DNA of 64,000 nucleotides, from positions 44,454,001 through 44,518,000 of the forward strand of contig OX597815.1 of NCBI GenBank assembly GCA_951406725.2, given 5' to 3'. Below, one piece after another: positions 26,870-41,079 of the stretch. The notes below the pieces were generated by a model that worked only from the letters and a program-made list of their open reading frames with translations, made no database searches and was not told the DNA's origin. The translations under genes were made by a program, and so were the position numbers. The stretch is from Octopus vulgaris (Eukaryota). Each line of letters begins with the position of its first letter. Within the stretch, counting starts at the first letter, position 1.

Positions 26870-27840
26870 AGGTTTTTTCTTCAAGGGGCCCTATTTTTCT
26901 TCATAGTCTATATAAATAACATCTCAAAGGTCATCAGGTACAACAAAATATAAACTTCCACTGATATTTCCAAGGTTGAGAAACTTGTAAATAGTGAAGA
27001 CCATACAAATTCCAGTTCTGCATGTTGTAAGTCAAAGGGCGGACAGATGCTGATAAATGCGGGGAAAATGGAACTCAGTTACTATAGAAAAGTAAATATG
27101 CTCAGACAACTCCACCTATTCTCCGCCTTCAAGAGGAGAATCCACCACAACCAACAATATTAGAGACTTACGAGTAATTTTTTGAAACCACCTCGCAAGA
27201 TGGATCATTAAAACTTTCCACACCAGAGAAACAGGTGTCACCACCTTTTTCTCCTCGTTTGTACGGTCAAAAATAGAACAGTGTTGTCCCCTGCAGCCTC
27301 TCCATATTAAACTAAGCATTAGGAGCACTGTGAAGCCCTAACCACCAATTACAATAAATAAATAAATAAATAAATTTCATGACTGATCTTCATTATTAGG
27401 GCCGCTTAAAAACATTGCAACTCTATTCTTCCAACGCCGTTGTGAGCCCTACATGATTTGCCCAAATGCCCATAATAAGCTAACAATTAATCAAAGGCTG
27501 CAATCCCCTGTTATACGCACTCCACACAAGTCAAGATCACAATACATAAACATACTGCAACAAAATTATTCTTTCTTAACAGCCCCTGCTCTATCTAACA
27601 TTATCCTGAAACACATGAAAGACGAAAAAGATCCCTTAACCTTCAAACTATACTTGGAAACTTTTCAAGGAATGCCAGATAAGTCTCATATCCCGGGATA
27701 CAACTCAATCACCAGCACTCCACTTAAATTAACTATGATATCACAAAATTTGACTTCAAAATGACTTAACTCAATCTACCAGATGGTGCTTTTCAGATAG
27801 ACATGGCCTACAGCAATTTTGGGGTGAAACATAACTAAGT
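26870..27840 (+). mobile_element. CR1/L2/Jockey-like LINE 3' relic
   Basis: WIIKTFHTRE..SSFVRSKIEQCCP and YSFLTAPALSNII resemble a LINE RT C-terminus; many stops. Confidence 0.6.
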
Positions 27841-27896
27841 TTATATATATGTTAATGTATATATGGATATACATATATGTGTGTGTATATATATAC

Positions 27897-28059
<163 letters not shown>

Positions 28060-28124
28060 GACAGACAGTGACAGAGACAAGGACAAATACATAGATACAA
28101 ACACATACACACACAATGAGACAA

Positions 28125-28234
<110 letters not shown>

Positions 28235-28436
28235 TCACACAAATACATACACACACACAAACCTCAGATGGATAAAGAGAAAGAGTGAGACAGACAGATA
28301 GAGAGAGACCCAGTGAGGAATGGTATTTTTTTTCAACAACAAAGAACGTAAACTTTGGATTCAATGGTCAAAGGACAACGAGTCCTTCACACGGATTGTC
28401 AAGACTTTTGGAACTCATTATATAAAGCCACTTAAA

Positions 28437-29152
28437 CAGTTCTTCTCAAAGTGGTGTCTGCGAGCCATTAGCTGTTGGTATGCGGCGAATTTCCAGAAAA
28501 GAACGAAACATTATAAAATGCTTGTAAAATGCCTATAAATGCTTATGTAATATTGTGTTATTTGTTTACAAAATAAATATATAGCATAAAAAATTGTCAA
28601 CTTTTATTATACTCTCTCTCTTTACTCTTTTACTCTTTTACTTGTTTTAGTCATTTGACTGCGGCCATGCTGAAGCACCGCCTTTAATCGGTCAACTCGA
28701 CCCCGGGACTTATTCTTTTGTAAACCCAGTACTTATTCTATCGGTCTCTTTTGTCGAACCGCTAAGTAACGGGAACATAAACATACTAGCATTGGTTGTC
28801 AAGCAATTCTAGGGGGACAAACACAGACACACAAACACACACATGCACATATATATATATATATACATATATACTACGGGCTTCTTTCAGTTTCCGTCTA
28901 CCAAATCCACTCACAAGGCTTTGGTCGGCCCGAGGCTATAGTAGAAGACACTTGCCCAAGGTGCCACGCAGTGGGACTGAACCCGGTCCATGTGGTTGGT
29001 AAACAAGCTACTTACCACACAGCCACTCCTGCGCCTATCTTATATATATTGTTTCCAGTATAAATTTATATTACTAAGAAATATTACCGGCCCTGGCACA
29101 TTGGAAAAAAAAAACTGCCGGTACGCCACATCAGATATTTTGTGAAGCACTG
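28437..29152. mobile_element. hAT (Charlie/Buster-like) MITE interrupted by SINE A
   Basis: TIR cagttcttctcaaa / tttgtgaagcactg; 8-bp TSD acttaaac at 28430-28437 and 29153-29160. Confidence 0.75.
28612..29035 (-). mobile_element. SINE A, full length, young
   Basis: Near-exact reverse complement of 1201-1622. Confidence 0.92.
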
Positions 29153-29947
29153 ACTTAAACTACCAACAGAGAAAAATACAACTGCACAAAAAATGCAGAC
29201 AATGCAACCTTTTCAATGCACACATTAGATATACTCAGATGAACACATTTTTTGGAACAATACACACACAAATATGCATGCATTAAAGAAGTATATGCTC
29301 ATTCATAACGTTAAATATTCAAATAAGGCAACTGTAAATACTGACCGGGTTAATAGACCGTCCCCTCCCTCTCAAACGTGTGACCTTGAGTAGCAAATGC
29401 TATAAACCTACATTTAAATAATTCTTGGTTGTAGTATGTGTGAGCGTTTGTATGCACGTGCACGACTCTGTGTGCATATATATATATAAACATGAGTCAT
29501 TTATATACATCGTCTTCTCTCTTTATAACTCATACTCATTCCTCTATTTTTTGCTATTTGCTTATGTTAACTATCTAGCATTAGCTTATTTATATACCAC
29601 TTCACGCTAAACTCCGTTGTCTTCTACAGATTTTTAAAGATCTTATACTGAGCACATATTTTATCGGTTAGTTTTAATCTACTGTCTTCCCATTGAAAAT
29701 GTCTCCTACTTACTACGCTTACATATATAGGGCTATAATTATAATTTCCATACTTATCTATAGAGGGAACGTCTCCGATGCCTCTTTACTTTTTTCCTCA
29801 AATAACCGCTGAAGCAGTTAGTTATGGTTCAATATCCGACACAACTCCAATCTCTTTCTCACACGGATTCCAGCATGACTCTCCTAAATACAATTTTTTC
29901 TGCTCAATTCTTTTTTAAGTTCCTTGTATTATGGTTTCTTTCCTTCC

Positions 29948-30034
29948 TGCACTGAAGAGTACGATGGTATTTTGTTAATTTGATTTAATCATGAATTTAT
30001 ATAATTATATCTTTGTACGAAGCGATCGCCTGCA
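29948..30034 (+). ncRNA. Degenerate minimal hammerhead-like motif (probable pLTR)
   Basis: tgca-CTGAAGA-gtac..gtac-GAAG-cgatcg-CC-tgca. Confidence 0.5.
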
Positions 30035-30274
30035 AGAATTATACTTCTTATAAATTTTAACAAGTTGTTTCCTCCATTTTTAACGAAATTGATGTGATTT
30101 ATGGAACTCCATTCCATAAATGCATCACACATTATATACAATTACTACTTTCATATATTCGCATATTTACGACTGTAAACTCTCAGTAAAGTATGAAGAA
30201 TCAGCGTTAGAAATCTTTTTTGAAAGCCTCTAATTAAGGGACGCATCCACATTCAACCTTTATACAGCTATATG

Positions 30275-30381
<107 letters not shown>

Positions 30382-30447
30382 GCACACACACACACAAACT
30401 CCTTCATGTACATAGATATGCAGACACATGTTATGCATGTATCTAAG

Positions 30448-30492
<45 letters not shown>

Positions 30493-30673
30493 ATGGATAA
30501 TAAAACGAATGGTTTACACCTGGAATTTCCCATCTTCCATCTTTCACTTGCTATATATATATATATATAATATGTATCAATGTACATATAACACACATGC
30601 GTTTACGTATAGGTGCATTGGTATGTGCGTTTGTGTGTGTATTAATGTGTGCATCTGCGTTTGTGTGCATGCT

Positions 30674-30707
<34 letters not shown>

Positions 30708-31368
30708 GTTATGTGGTTAGGTTAATGGTTTCACTCAGGAAATTTGACGCTTGGTGAAAAAAGGCGCCAAAAATTCGTTTGCTATCAGCAATGTATCAGA
30801 TATTCTGTTGTGTAACTTGTTACACCGTATGAATATAGTCAGCCCGAGTTTGTACGTAAACATACGCGTGATTGCGCGGAATGATTATATATCAAAATAC
30901 GTATTTAATATTATATAATATAATATAAATGTATATGTGTATATACACACACGCACATATACATATACATATACAGAGAGAGAGAGAGAGAGAGTGAGAG
31001 AGACGCAGGCATTCTTGTATAGTAACAAGGTTGTTTCCCAAGCACATGATTTCAGTTTCAGTCCCAGTGTTTGCCAACTAGGGCAAGTGTCTTCTACCAT
31101 AACCCCGGGAAGACCCAAAGCCTGAAAGAAGCTCGTCCTACACACATACACGCACACACGCGCGCGTGCGCGCATACACACACACGCACATACATATACA
31201 TAGGTATAATACGACAAAAGCATAAGCAAACAGTTGCCAGGTATCAAATCAATTATATTTATATAACATTTAAGATCAAAATAAGTAAATATATATTATT
31301 TTTTTACTTGTTTCAGTCATTTTGGCTGCGGCCATGATGGAGCACCGCCTTAACACACACACTCACAC

Positions 31369-31809
<441 letters not shown>

Positions 31810-31831
31810 TATATATATATATATATATATA

Positions 31832-31975
31832 GGGAGAATTCACGAAAAAAACAAACAAAAAGACAAAAACAGGTGGTGTAGAAAACAAACAGATGTATTA
31901 GTATAACACTCAGGAATTGAAAAATTCTTTTACGTTTCGAGCCTACGCCCTTCCATGCAGCAAGAAAGAAGGAAA
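31832..31975 (-). mobile_element. Penelope pLTR (same family as 8860-9013)
   Basis: Reverse complement gcgtaggctcgaaacgtaaaagaatttttcaattcctgagtgttatactaatacatctgtttg. Confidence 0.75.
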
Positions 31976-33269
31976 AGCCAGGAATGTGAAAAGTTTATAA
32001 TGGTTCAGATGGGTGAGGTACCCAATAGGATGAAAGGAAGGCCATAGTATTGATATGAATTTCAAAGTTAAGTAGATAAATGGAAAGTTTGCAATTGACA
32101 TAAAAAGAGGTGTGTTCGAAGGAGGATATGAAACCGTTGGTAAGCCCATCTGATAGACTAAATTCACGGGTGCCCTAAGGGATAGGGTAGTGAACACCTA
32201 GCAGAGAGATTTGCGATTTGTGCCGTCTATGGCACAAATTCATATCAGTGAACATGGCACTTAACTCTCAAACGAAATGTTTCCATGACCACTGGGGTAG
32301 CTGTTTGGGTGCTGGCGATTTATTACGACTGGCTAGGTATTGATTATGTTTTGGCGACAGTACTTTTTGGCACTAGAGGCAAACACGCATTCACACACAT
32401 ACGCAAACACATGCAGATAGATAGATAGATAGATAGATAGATTGAGAGGGAGAGAGAGAGAGAAAGAGAAAGAGAAGGAGAGGGTTGAGGGAGAGGGAGA
32501 GAGAAAGAGAAAGAGAAGGAGAGGGTTGAGGGAGAGGGAGAGAGAGAAGCGGCGAGTGAGTGAGTGAGTGAGGGAGAGAGATTATACAATAAGTCATGAA
32601 TTCAACACGATTGACACGAACACTTGCCCTCTCATGCACATAAAGAGAGATATACTCTCGCACATAAACATTCCGTTACTTAGCCCATCGGTAACGCTTC
32701 CACAGGATTAGAGAAAAAGAGGGAGAAAGAAGGGAGAGAGAAAGAGAGAAGGAAAGAGAAAAGTGAGAGAGAAGAAAGAGGGAGAGGGAAGCGTTCATGA
32801 ATGTGCGTGTGTGTGTCTGTATGTTTGTGTGTAAGAGAGAATGTGTATGATTGTGTGTGTGTTTCTGTATGCATGTGTGTGATTGTGAGTGTGTGTGTCT
32901 GTACGATTCTGTGTGCGCGCGTGAGCATGAGAAAGAGCTAGAGAAAGAGAGAGAGTGTGTGTATGAGAGATAGCGAGAGAGAGAGAGAGAGAGAAAGAGC
33001 GGTAGAAACAGAGAGGAGGAGACAGCGATAGAGAGAAAGAGAGCGAGAGCGAGAGAACTATAAATGGAAAATTTTCACGGTGCGAAAATGACCAGGGCAC
33101 AAATCGCCTGATGTAATTTTACGTCAGTGTCAGATCAGCTACGCTTAATACGCTGGCTCAAAACGTTTCATACCCCACGTTTGAAACGTTTTGTGCCACG
33201 TTTCATACACAGTAAGTTCGATAACTTATGTATGAAAAAAAATTAAATCCAAGAGAGAATGGAATGATA

Positions 33270-33657
33270 TAGATAGGAGCACTCCATCGGTTACGACGAT
33301 GAGGGTCCCAGCTGATACGATCAACGGAACAGCTTGCTCGTGAAATTAACGTGTAAGTGGCTGAGCACTCCACAGACACGTGTACCCTTAATGTACTTCT
33401 CGAGGAGATTCAGCGTGACACAGAGTGTGACAAGGCTGGCCCCTTTGAAATACAGGTACAACAGAAACAGGAAGAAAGAATGAGAGAAAGTTGTGGTGAA
33501 AGAGTACAGCAGGGTTCACCCCCCCCCCTGCAGGAGCCTTGTGAAGTTTTAGGTGTTTTCGCTCAATAAACACTCACAATGCCCGGTCTGGGAATCGAAA
33601 CCGCGATCCTACGACCGCGAGTCCGCTGCCCTAACCACTTGGCCATTGCGCCTCCAC
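33270..33657 (-). mobile_element. SINE C, tail type 3
   Basis: Same head; 12-bp TSD aatggaatgata at 33258-33269 and 33658-33669. Confidence 0.9.
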
Positions 33658-34009
33658 AATGGAATGATAAACCACTTTAGTAATGCTCAAATAAGGTTTC
33701 AATCGACAGTTTCAGCAATCCAATGATTTTTAAAAGTTGCGAGGTGGGTTTTCGAAAAAATAATTTAAGGTTGCGCTCTCTGCATTTTTTCGTGCAGCTG
33801 TAATTTTCTCTTTTGATAGTTTAAGTGATTTTTATATAATTCGTTCCAAAATTGTTGATATTCTGTGTGACGGACTCGTTGTTTTTAGACCAGGGAATCC
33901 TTTAGTTATTGAAAGTAGAGATATCATTCCTCACTGGGTCTGTCTCCATCTGTGTGTCTGCCTCCACGCTCTCTCTCTCTCTCTCTTTATCCATCTGTGG
34001 TTTGTGTTT

Positions 34010-34049
<40 letters not shown>

Positions 34050-34304
34050 CTGTCGTGCTACTTATTCTATTAAGCATAAGTATGATTAATTAAAAATTTT
34101 TAACTTAACAACACGCTTATTTTAAAACTTAAAGTGTGAAGTATTTTTGAAACCTTCCATACCAGTAATTTTTATTTGGCCTCCAATACACCACGAATTC
34201 AAAGCGATTTAAAACCACCGATATAGACAACACCACAAGTGATATTTCACCTGCAATATATGTTTCTATTAACTTAAAACAAAAGTTCGGCAAATATTAA
34301 TATA

Positions 34305-35204
34305 CTAGCGGGACCCGTGAAATTTCACGAAATTAATGGTAAAACTATTGGGTTATTTCTTAAAACTTTATCCAAAAACCTGAAAGCATAGCCTCCGTTG
34401 CGTCTGTATGGAAAGATAGTCGCTCATCTGTTACGCATTGAAAAGTGAAAGAAATTGGAATACGACGATTACTTAATGCACTTTAATACTTTATGCACAA
34501 TTTTATAGACTTAATACACAGCACTCATAATATTAATCTCCACTCTTATTTTTCCATTTTCCCCATAAGCAAGAACAAAAATATCCCGTACATATAATAC
34601 AACCTTTAATAAAATTTCCTCGTAAATAAGCATGAATATTTCATGGAATTGCACTTACGTGCATGCGTTAAGTGATAGATAATATAAAAACTTAGTTCAC
34701 TAAAAAAATAACACTTTTCACTATCCAATCACCATCGCCACCTCCAACACCAACACCTCCACCACCACCTCCCTCTTCACTACCACCACTCCCATCACCA
34801 TCCACTCTCTCCCTCCTCTCTCCGCTCTCTCTATCTCTCTCCTCTCTCTCCCTCCTCTCTCTCTCCCTCTCTCTCTCCCTCTCTCTCCCTCTCTCTCTCT
34901 CCCTCTCTCACTCTCTCTGTGTGCCTTTCTTTAACCTCACCATCAGAACATCAACCCTCTGCTAAAATTATTTTTAACTCTCCTCCTCTATATCATCACT
35001 AGCTGCAAGTAACATTTTAACCAACTACGCTCTCCGTACCTTTCGTCATGAACGCTTCTCTCTCCCTCTTTCTCACTCTCTTTTCTCTCTTACTTTTCTC
35101 TTTCCCCCTCTCTCTCTCTCTTCTTTCTCCCTCTTTTTCTCTAATCTTGTGAAAGCGTTACGCATGGGCTAAGTAACGGAATGACAAGCAGAATTATTAT
35201 AAGA
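34305..35204 (-). mobile_element. Non-autonomous Helitron
   Basis: Minus strand starts TC, ends with hairpin cgtgaaatttcacg plus CTAG, and sits between A and T. Confidence 0.75.
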
Positions 35205-35874
35205 TTCTTGGAAAGTGGATCTCGAGTTCTATTTTAGCTTAATGGATTATTTTGCAAGCTCACTTAATCCAGGAATTCGTAACCGCCTGTAACCCAACGT
35301 TTCGTATTCCCGAATGGTGTATTAGATGCACCCACACGCCACGTTTTGCAAAATAAATAAATAAATGAAATCTTAAAATAAAACAAAAAACAGCAGGTTA
35401 TTTTAATCAAATGAAAAGTTCACTTTGCGTAGTGATTTATTGTCCACGTTTTTTTTTATATACTAACCCATTCAGGAAGTGCTTCTGTGTAGATATTTGC
35501 ATAAATTAGTCTGCCAGAATACTTTATTAGCTAGTCTTAGTTAGAGTCCAGCGCAACTTCCAAAGTCCTTCCATGGCTTAGCCCTTAACGTTTTTACTGT
35601 CTCTGCAGCAACTTTTTGCACTCGAGTGTAACGCATGAGCAATAGGGGAGAATTACCCTCAGGCCACTCTTTGTAAGCCTCCTTGTTTCGGATGGCATCG
35701 TAATCCCTAGTTAAATCAAGGGGTTCTCTTACCATTTGGTGCCACATCAATCTGCTTTCATCCACGGCATTGTACAGCCGAAAAAGAAATTTCCGAAAAC
35801 AATAATCTCCATTTCCCCGTCTGTATAAATATAAATAAACTAACATTTGTTTTTTATAAGCGCCGAAATGTGTA

Positions 35875-36584
35875 TTGTAAGATACAAATAAGATGATAAT
35901 TTATTTTCGAACGCAGAGATGACGTTAGAACAGCAGAAGCATTAGGTAAATTATTCTTACAAAGCGGAAAAAATTATCAACAAGCAGCTATGGGACTCGA
36001 ACTTACATCTCTTGAAGCCTCTTGTCAAGTGCTTTACCATTAAGCTAAACTGCCCGCCGACAAAGTAATCCGTAAAAAAAGTGTATGTTTATATTTATAT
36101 ATATTTATTTCTTTACTGCCCAGGAGGGGCTAAACATAGAGGGGACAAACAAGGACAGACGAAGGGATTGAGTCGATTATTTCGACCCCAGTGCGAAACT
36201 GGTACTTTATTTATCGACCCCGAAAGGATGAAAGGCAAAGTTGACCTCAGCGGAATTTGAACTCAGAACGTAACGACAGACGAAATACCGCTAAGCATTT
36301 CGTCCGGCGCGCTAACGTGTCTGCCAGCTCACCGCCTTATTTATATTTATATATACGTGGTTGTACACTTAGCTTTAAAGCGTCTAAAAAGCGGATTAAT
36401 TTGTCGGCGAGCAGTTTAACTTAATGGTAAATCACCGGAATTTTCAAGAGATTGAGGTTCGAGTCCTATGGCTGTTCGTTGACAAATTTTTTCGCTTTGT
36501 AAGGGTAATTTACTCAATGTTTCTACTATTCTAACGGCGTCTCTGCATTCGAAAATGAATTATCATCATATTTGTATGTAACAA
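35875..36584. mobile_element. Foldback with ~195-bp inverted arms containing tRNA-like heads
   Basis: 35875-36072 vs 36392-36584; A-box-like tagcttaatggtaaagc and B-box-like gttcgagtcc in the arms. Confidence 0.8.
36104..36339 (-). mobile_element. SINE B, full-length monomer
   Basis: 16-bp TSD tttatatttatatata at 36088-36103 and 36340-36355. Confidence 0.9.
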
Positions 36585-36959
36585 TCTCCAATTCGTTTCG
36601 AAATCCTCATCCTTTGTAGGAAGATTTCTGAGTTTGAATATTACAGTGTCCGTATATATTTCCTTGATCCAATCATCCGCCAGAGTCTCGCACTTCATCT
36701 TTCACTTCCTAGATTACATGACAAAATCTCCACACGCGAGCGAACCAGCAGGAGAATAGGCGTAGACAAAGAGTAAAATGGTTGGATAATGACCATAAAC
36801 TCAGCTGGTCACGCCTGGGAATACAGCAGAATTTTTATTGAACCCCCATTTTTATTGAATTCCTAATATTTTTATTGAATTCCTAATACTTTTGATTTAA
36901 TATTTTCTCAAGATATTTCCTGTTAACTGTTTTTAACATTTTCCTATTATTATCAAAGA

Positions 36960-36994
<35 letters not shown>

Positions 36995-38056
36995 TACTTT
37001 TGTGACAACCAGAACCTAACACAACAAAGCTTATACAAAGCTTCACATTTAACTTCTGACAATCTTTTTCTAAAAAAGTGAAACCGGTCAAGTGAATAAA
37101 CATCTTTAAAATTGCATTTTCAAACCCTCTTTCATATATATATATATATAGAAATTTCTAATTTTGAAATGAATTTTTAAAAACTAAATCTATCCCATTT
37201 TGATACAGAATATATACACTCTTTTTATAACACTCCATCTGCGCATACACCCAGAAACCTAAAATAACATAATATAAAATACCTACATTTGAAGCAGAAT
37301 TGAAGAAATATTTATAAACACATAGCCCACAAACTCTTCCTCAATAGCACACGGGTTAAAATATCTACGTATCAATCAAATTGCTAATAGAACACTGAAA
37401 TTCTAAAGGGACACATGCAAACTTTACATCTAGCCACGTCTTCTTGTGAACATCAAAGTACAAGATAAACAAATTTCTAAATTAATTACATCATGAAATT
37501 CCCAGCTATTAACCCCCACCTTCCAAATAAAAACAGGAAAGACCCTAAATAATAAGTAAAAAAATCTGACCAGCTAAAATATTCCACCTCATTACATTCT
37601 TTTGTGAATCCCTGAAAAAGTCCATCGCAAAAAAAGCTGACACACCCAATTACTAAGTTTTAAAATATTTGACTAAATTTTTAACTTTTAACCTTTATAT
37701 CGTCAAAGCAAGGGATTAAATCCAAAATAAATAAATAAATAGAACTACTGACATATCCTATACCTTCCAACCAAAATGAACCCACCTAAATATTCACATC
37801 TGCTCAGGAGGTTCTACATATATGAATAAATTCATAAAGGTGCTGCGTCAGCATGGCCACAGTCAAATGACTGAAACAAGTAAAATAGTAAAAAAGTAAA
37901 AGAATATAACCCCTGATTTAATCAATAAAAGTTCCTCCATCACAACCCACCTTGCAACCTAATTACCATTCCACTCAAACCCACATCTCCAAACAACATG
38001 ATTTTTAACTCAAGAGAGGCTATATAAAGTCAAGATAAACTTCAATGTATCGCAAT

Positions 38057-38091
38057 CCGACGATGGCTTGAATGGTCGAAACTTCGAAGTC
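38057..38091 (+). ncRNA. Minimal hammerhead-like motif (CCGACGA variant)
   Basis: CCGACGA-tggc..ggtc-GAAA-cttcgaag-TC; palindromic stem III; stem I poorly supported. Confidence 0.4.
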
Positions 38092-38119
38092 ACTATCAAT
38101 ATCATTCTTGTTCAAGAAT

Positions 38120-38173
<54 letters not shown>

Positions 38174-38181
38174 CATATATA

Positions 38182-39456
38182 CGAGGGGCGTTCAATAAGT
38201 AATGCCCCTGACCCACTTCCCATAGCAGTAGAGCAACGAAACTTGGCACAGTTATTAGTCTTTTTCTACATAGGAACCACCCAGAGTTACGCATTTCTCA
38301 CATCGTTTGATGCAGCTTTGAAGACCGTTTTTGTAGAAGACCCCAGCTTGGTCCTTCAACCACGACGTGACTTCAGAAATCAAGGCTGCATCATCTGGGA
38401 AACACTTTCCTTTCAAAAACAACTTCATGGCTGGGAAGAGGTGAAAATCAGAGGGTGCAAGATGGGGGAGGAGTTCATAGCCGCACGCCTGTGCTTCTGA
38501 TCTGGCGATACGCGAGTTGTGAACCGGAGCGTTGTCCTGCAAGAGGAGGATGCTTTTGCTGATCTTGCCCCGCCTCTTGATTTTGATAGCTTCTCTTAAT
38601 TTCCTCAAAAGTGAAGCATAATAGGCTCCTGTAATTGTGGCACCCTTTGCCAGGAAATCTGTCATCACTACTCCGTCCTGGTCCCAGAAGACTGTGAGCA
38701 TGACCTTGCCAGCAGAGGGCTGCACCCTTGCCTTCTTTGGAGGAGGTGAGTCACGGTGTGTTCCACTGCATTGACCGGGCTTTGGTCTCTGGATCATAGT
38801 GATGGACCCAGGTTTCATCCTGTGTAATCAGTCTTTTGAAAAATTTTGACTCATCTTCTTGGTACATCTCCAAATTCATCCTCGAGCAATCGACACGTTA
38901 TTGCTTCTGGAAAGATGTGAGCAACCTGGGAATCCATCTGGCAGACACCTTTTGCATATGCAAATGATCATGAATGATAGTTTCCACAGACCCGGTACTA
39001 ATCTTGACCGCATGGGCTATTTGGCAAATAGTTATGCCTCGATCTTCCAAGATGGCAGCTTCAACATGACGGACAGATGCCTCATCAATGGCAGAAGGGG
39101 GCGACCAGATCTGGGAGCTGTTTCCACAGAGTTCCGACCATGTTTGAATTCACGATGCCAGCGTTTTACAAGGTCATATGATGGGGCATCATCACCATAA
39201 GTTACTTTCATTTCATCAAAAGTCTCCCGTGGTGTGCGTCCTTTCAAATACAAAACCCGGATCACTGCTCGACACTCAACAGGCTCCATTTCACACTTCA
39301 CTCAGTTCAAGCACCTGTAAATCAGAAACCACAATTAGTTCAGAGCTGTAATTTGCCACTTAATCTATAGAGATATAAATAATTGTACATGCAAACTTTC
39401 AGCTAGATCAAATAACTGCAAGTGGGTCAGGAGCATTACTTAATGAACGCCCCTCG
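38182..39456 (-). mobile_element. Full-length mariner (DD34D-type) element
   Basis: ~37-bp TIRs cgaggggcgttcaataagtaatgcccctgacccactt / aagtgggtcaggagcattacttaatgaacgcccctcg; TA TSD. Confidence 0.95.
38255..39290 (-). pseudogene. Mariner transposase (frameshifted, YSPD motif deleted)
   Basis: HTH N-terminus ..RAVIRVLYLKG..VKRWHREFK..PRSGRP; ITQDETWVHHYDPETK; KVMLTVFWD; LLQDNAPVH; YELLPH-LAPSDFHLF. Confidence 0.93.
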
Positions 39457-39525
39457 TATATATACATACATATACATATATATATATACGTACATATACA
39501 TATATACATACATACATATACAGAT

Positions 39526-39588
<63 letters not shown>

Positions 39589-39746
39589 CACACACATATA
39601 TATATATATATATACATATACACATACATATATATGTACACACATGCATATATACATATACACACACACATATATCTGTACACATATGTATACATACATA
39701 CAGATATATACATATATATATATATATATGTGTATATATAAATACT

Positions 39747-39777
<31 letters not shown>

Positions 39778-39868
39778 GTGTGTAAGTGTGTCTGTGTGTC
39801 TGCCCCTGCCTACACTTATGCACAAAATCGTACATAAGCTGCAACATGCAATAAGACGCCAGCACATA

Positions 39869-39915
<47 letters not shown>

Positions 39916-40673
39916 ACATACACACACACAGACATACACACACACATATATATATATACACCCTTTTCTTCTCCGTAAGTAAATATTCCTTACGTCTATA
40001 CTGATTATATAATATGTAGTCAAACTTTCTTTCTGTTACAATCTATGTCAATTATGATTTGTTATCTACTGTTATTTCAAATCAGCTTACAACGGCGTTT
40101 TTTTTTATTTTGTTTCGCATATTTTTTCTTATTCTGTTATTCTTTCTTTCTACTGTTTTTTTTTTTTTTTTTACTATAGTGTGTTTATAAATTTATATAT
40201 TACTTTCCTTCCCCCTCATTTCTTATAAGCTATTATTGCTATTTTTGTTGCCTTTTGTTCCTTTTGTGAGAGTGTGAGTGTGTGGGGGTTATGTGTTTTA
40301 ATTCTTACGACTTTCGCCCTCCCAAAATTCCCATGGTTATTTTTTATAGCTGCTTTTTTTTTTTGTTTTGTTTTGTTTTGTTTTGTTTTGTCTCTAAGTG
40401 GGTCACATCACATTAGTATTACTGGTTAAGCAAGTTTACTCACTTTGTTGCCTTTCAACCAACTAATCAACACATGTTTGCACAAATGAAAAACTGCACA
40501 AACATACATGCACGCACGCACGTAATTACGCATAAGCTCACGTACATACACGTACAGATGGTCATACACGCACTCTTATACATGCGCTTACACTGATAGA
40601 AACTTGTTCGCTGACTCGATTCTGTTTATGTATCGCAATGTATATACACGCCTGTTTGTGTGTGTGTATATAT

Positions 40674-40723
<50 letters not shown>

Positions 40724-40918
40724 CACTTGGTAGAGTTTGCGAATACGTGTATACACACTCATGCACGAACACACAAGCACACATCTACGTTAGGCACGTA
40801 TAAAAGACACCGTTAGAAGCATACTTATGAATATTCATCTGTATTTAAAGAGATTGTAATTTAGCCTATACTAGGCAGGTTTATGGCCTACCTCCCTATT
40901 TATTTATCTGTCAGTTAG

Positions 40919-41001
<83 letters not shown>

Positions 41002-41079
41002 GTCTGTCTGTCTGTCTGTCTGTCTTTTACCTATTTATCTATCTAGCTGTCAAGTTAGATATCTTTATAGCAAAAGGTC

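Larger units (their letters stand above)
35540..36780 (-). mobile_element. RTE-clade LINE ORF fragment, split by a nested foldback
   Basis: MKCETLADDWIKEIYTDTVIFKLRNLP..ETNWRL (36580-36700) continues as ..APNGKRTP..DAIRNKEAYKEW..RYTRVQKVAAETVKTLRAKPWKDFG (35540-35800); resembles the RTE EN-RT linker. Confidence 0.7.

Noticed and set aside
35541-35846. 101-aa ORF as a host gene
   Set aside because: Its C-terminal half matches an RTE LINE linker region and the frame is a patchwork of frameshifts
36411-36475. Possible tRNA gene in the foldback arm
   Set aside because: Anticodon arm is degenerate and the two arms differ by indels; not a functional tRNA
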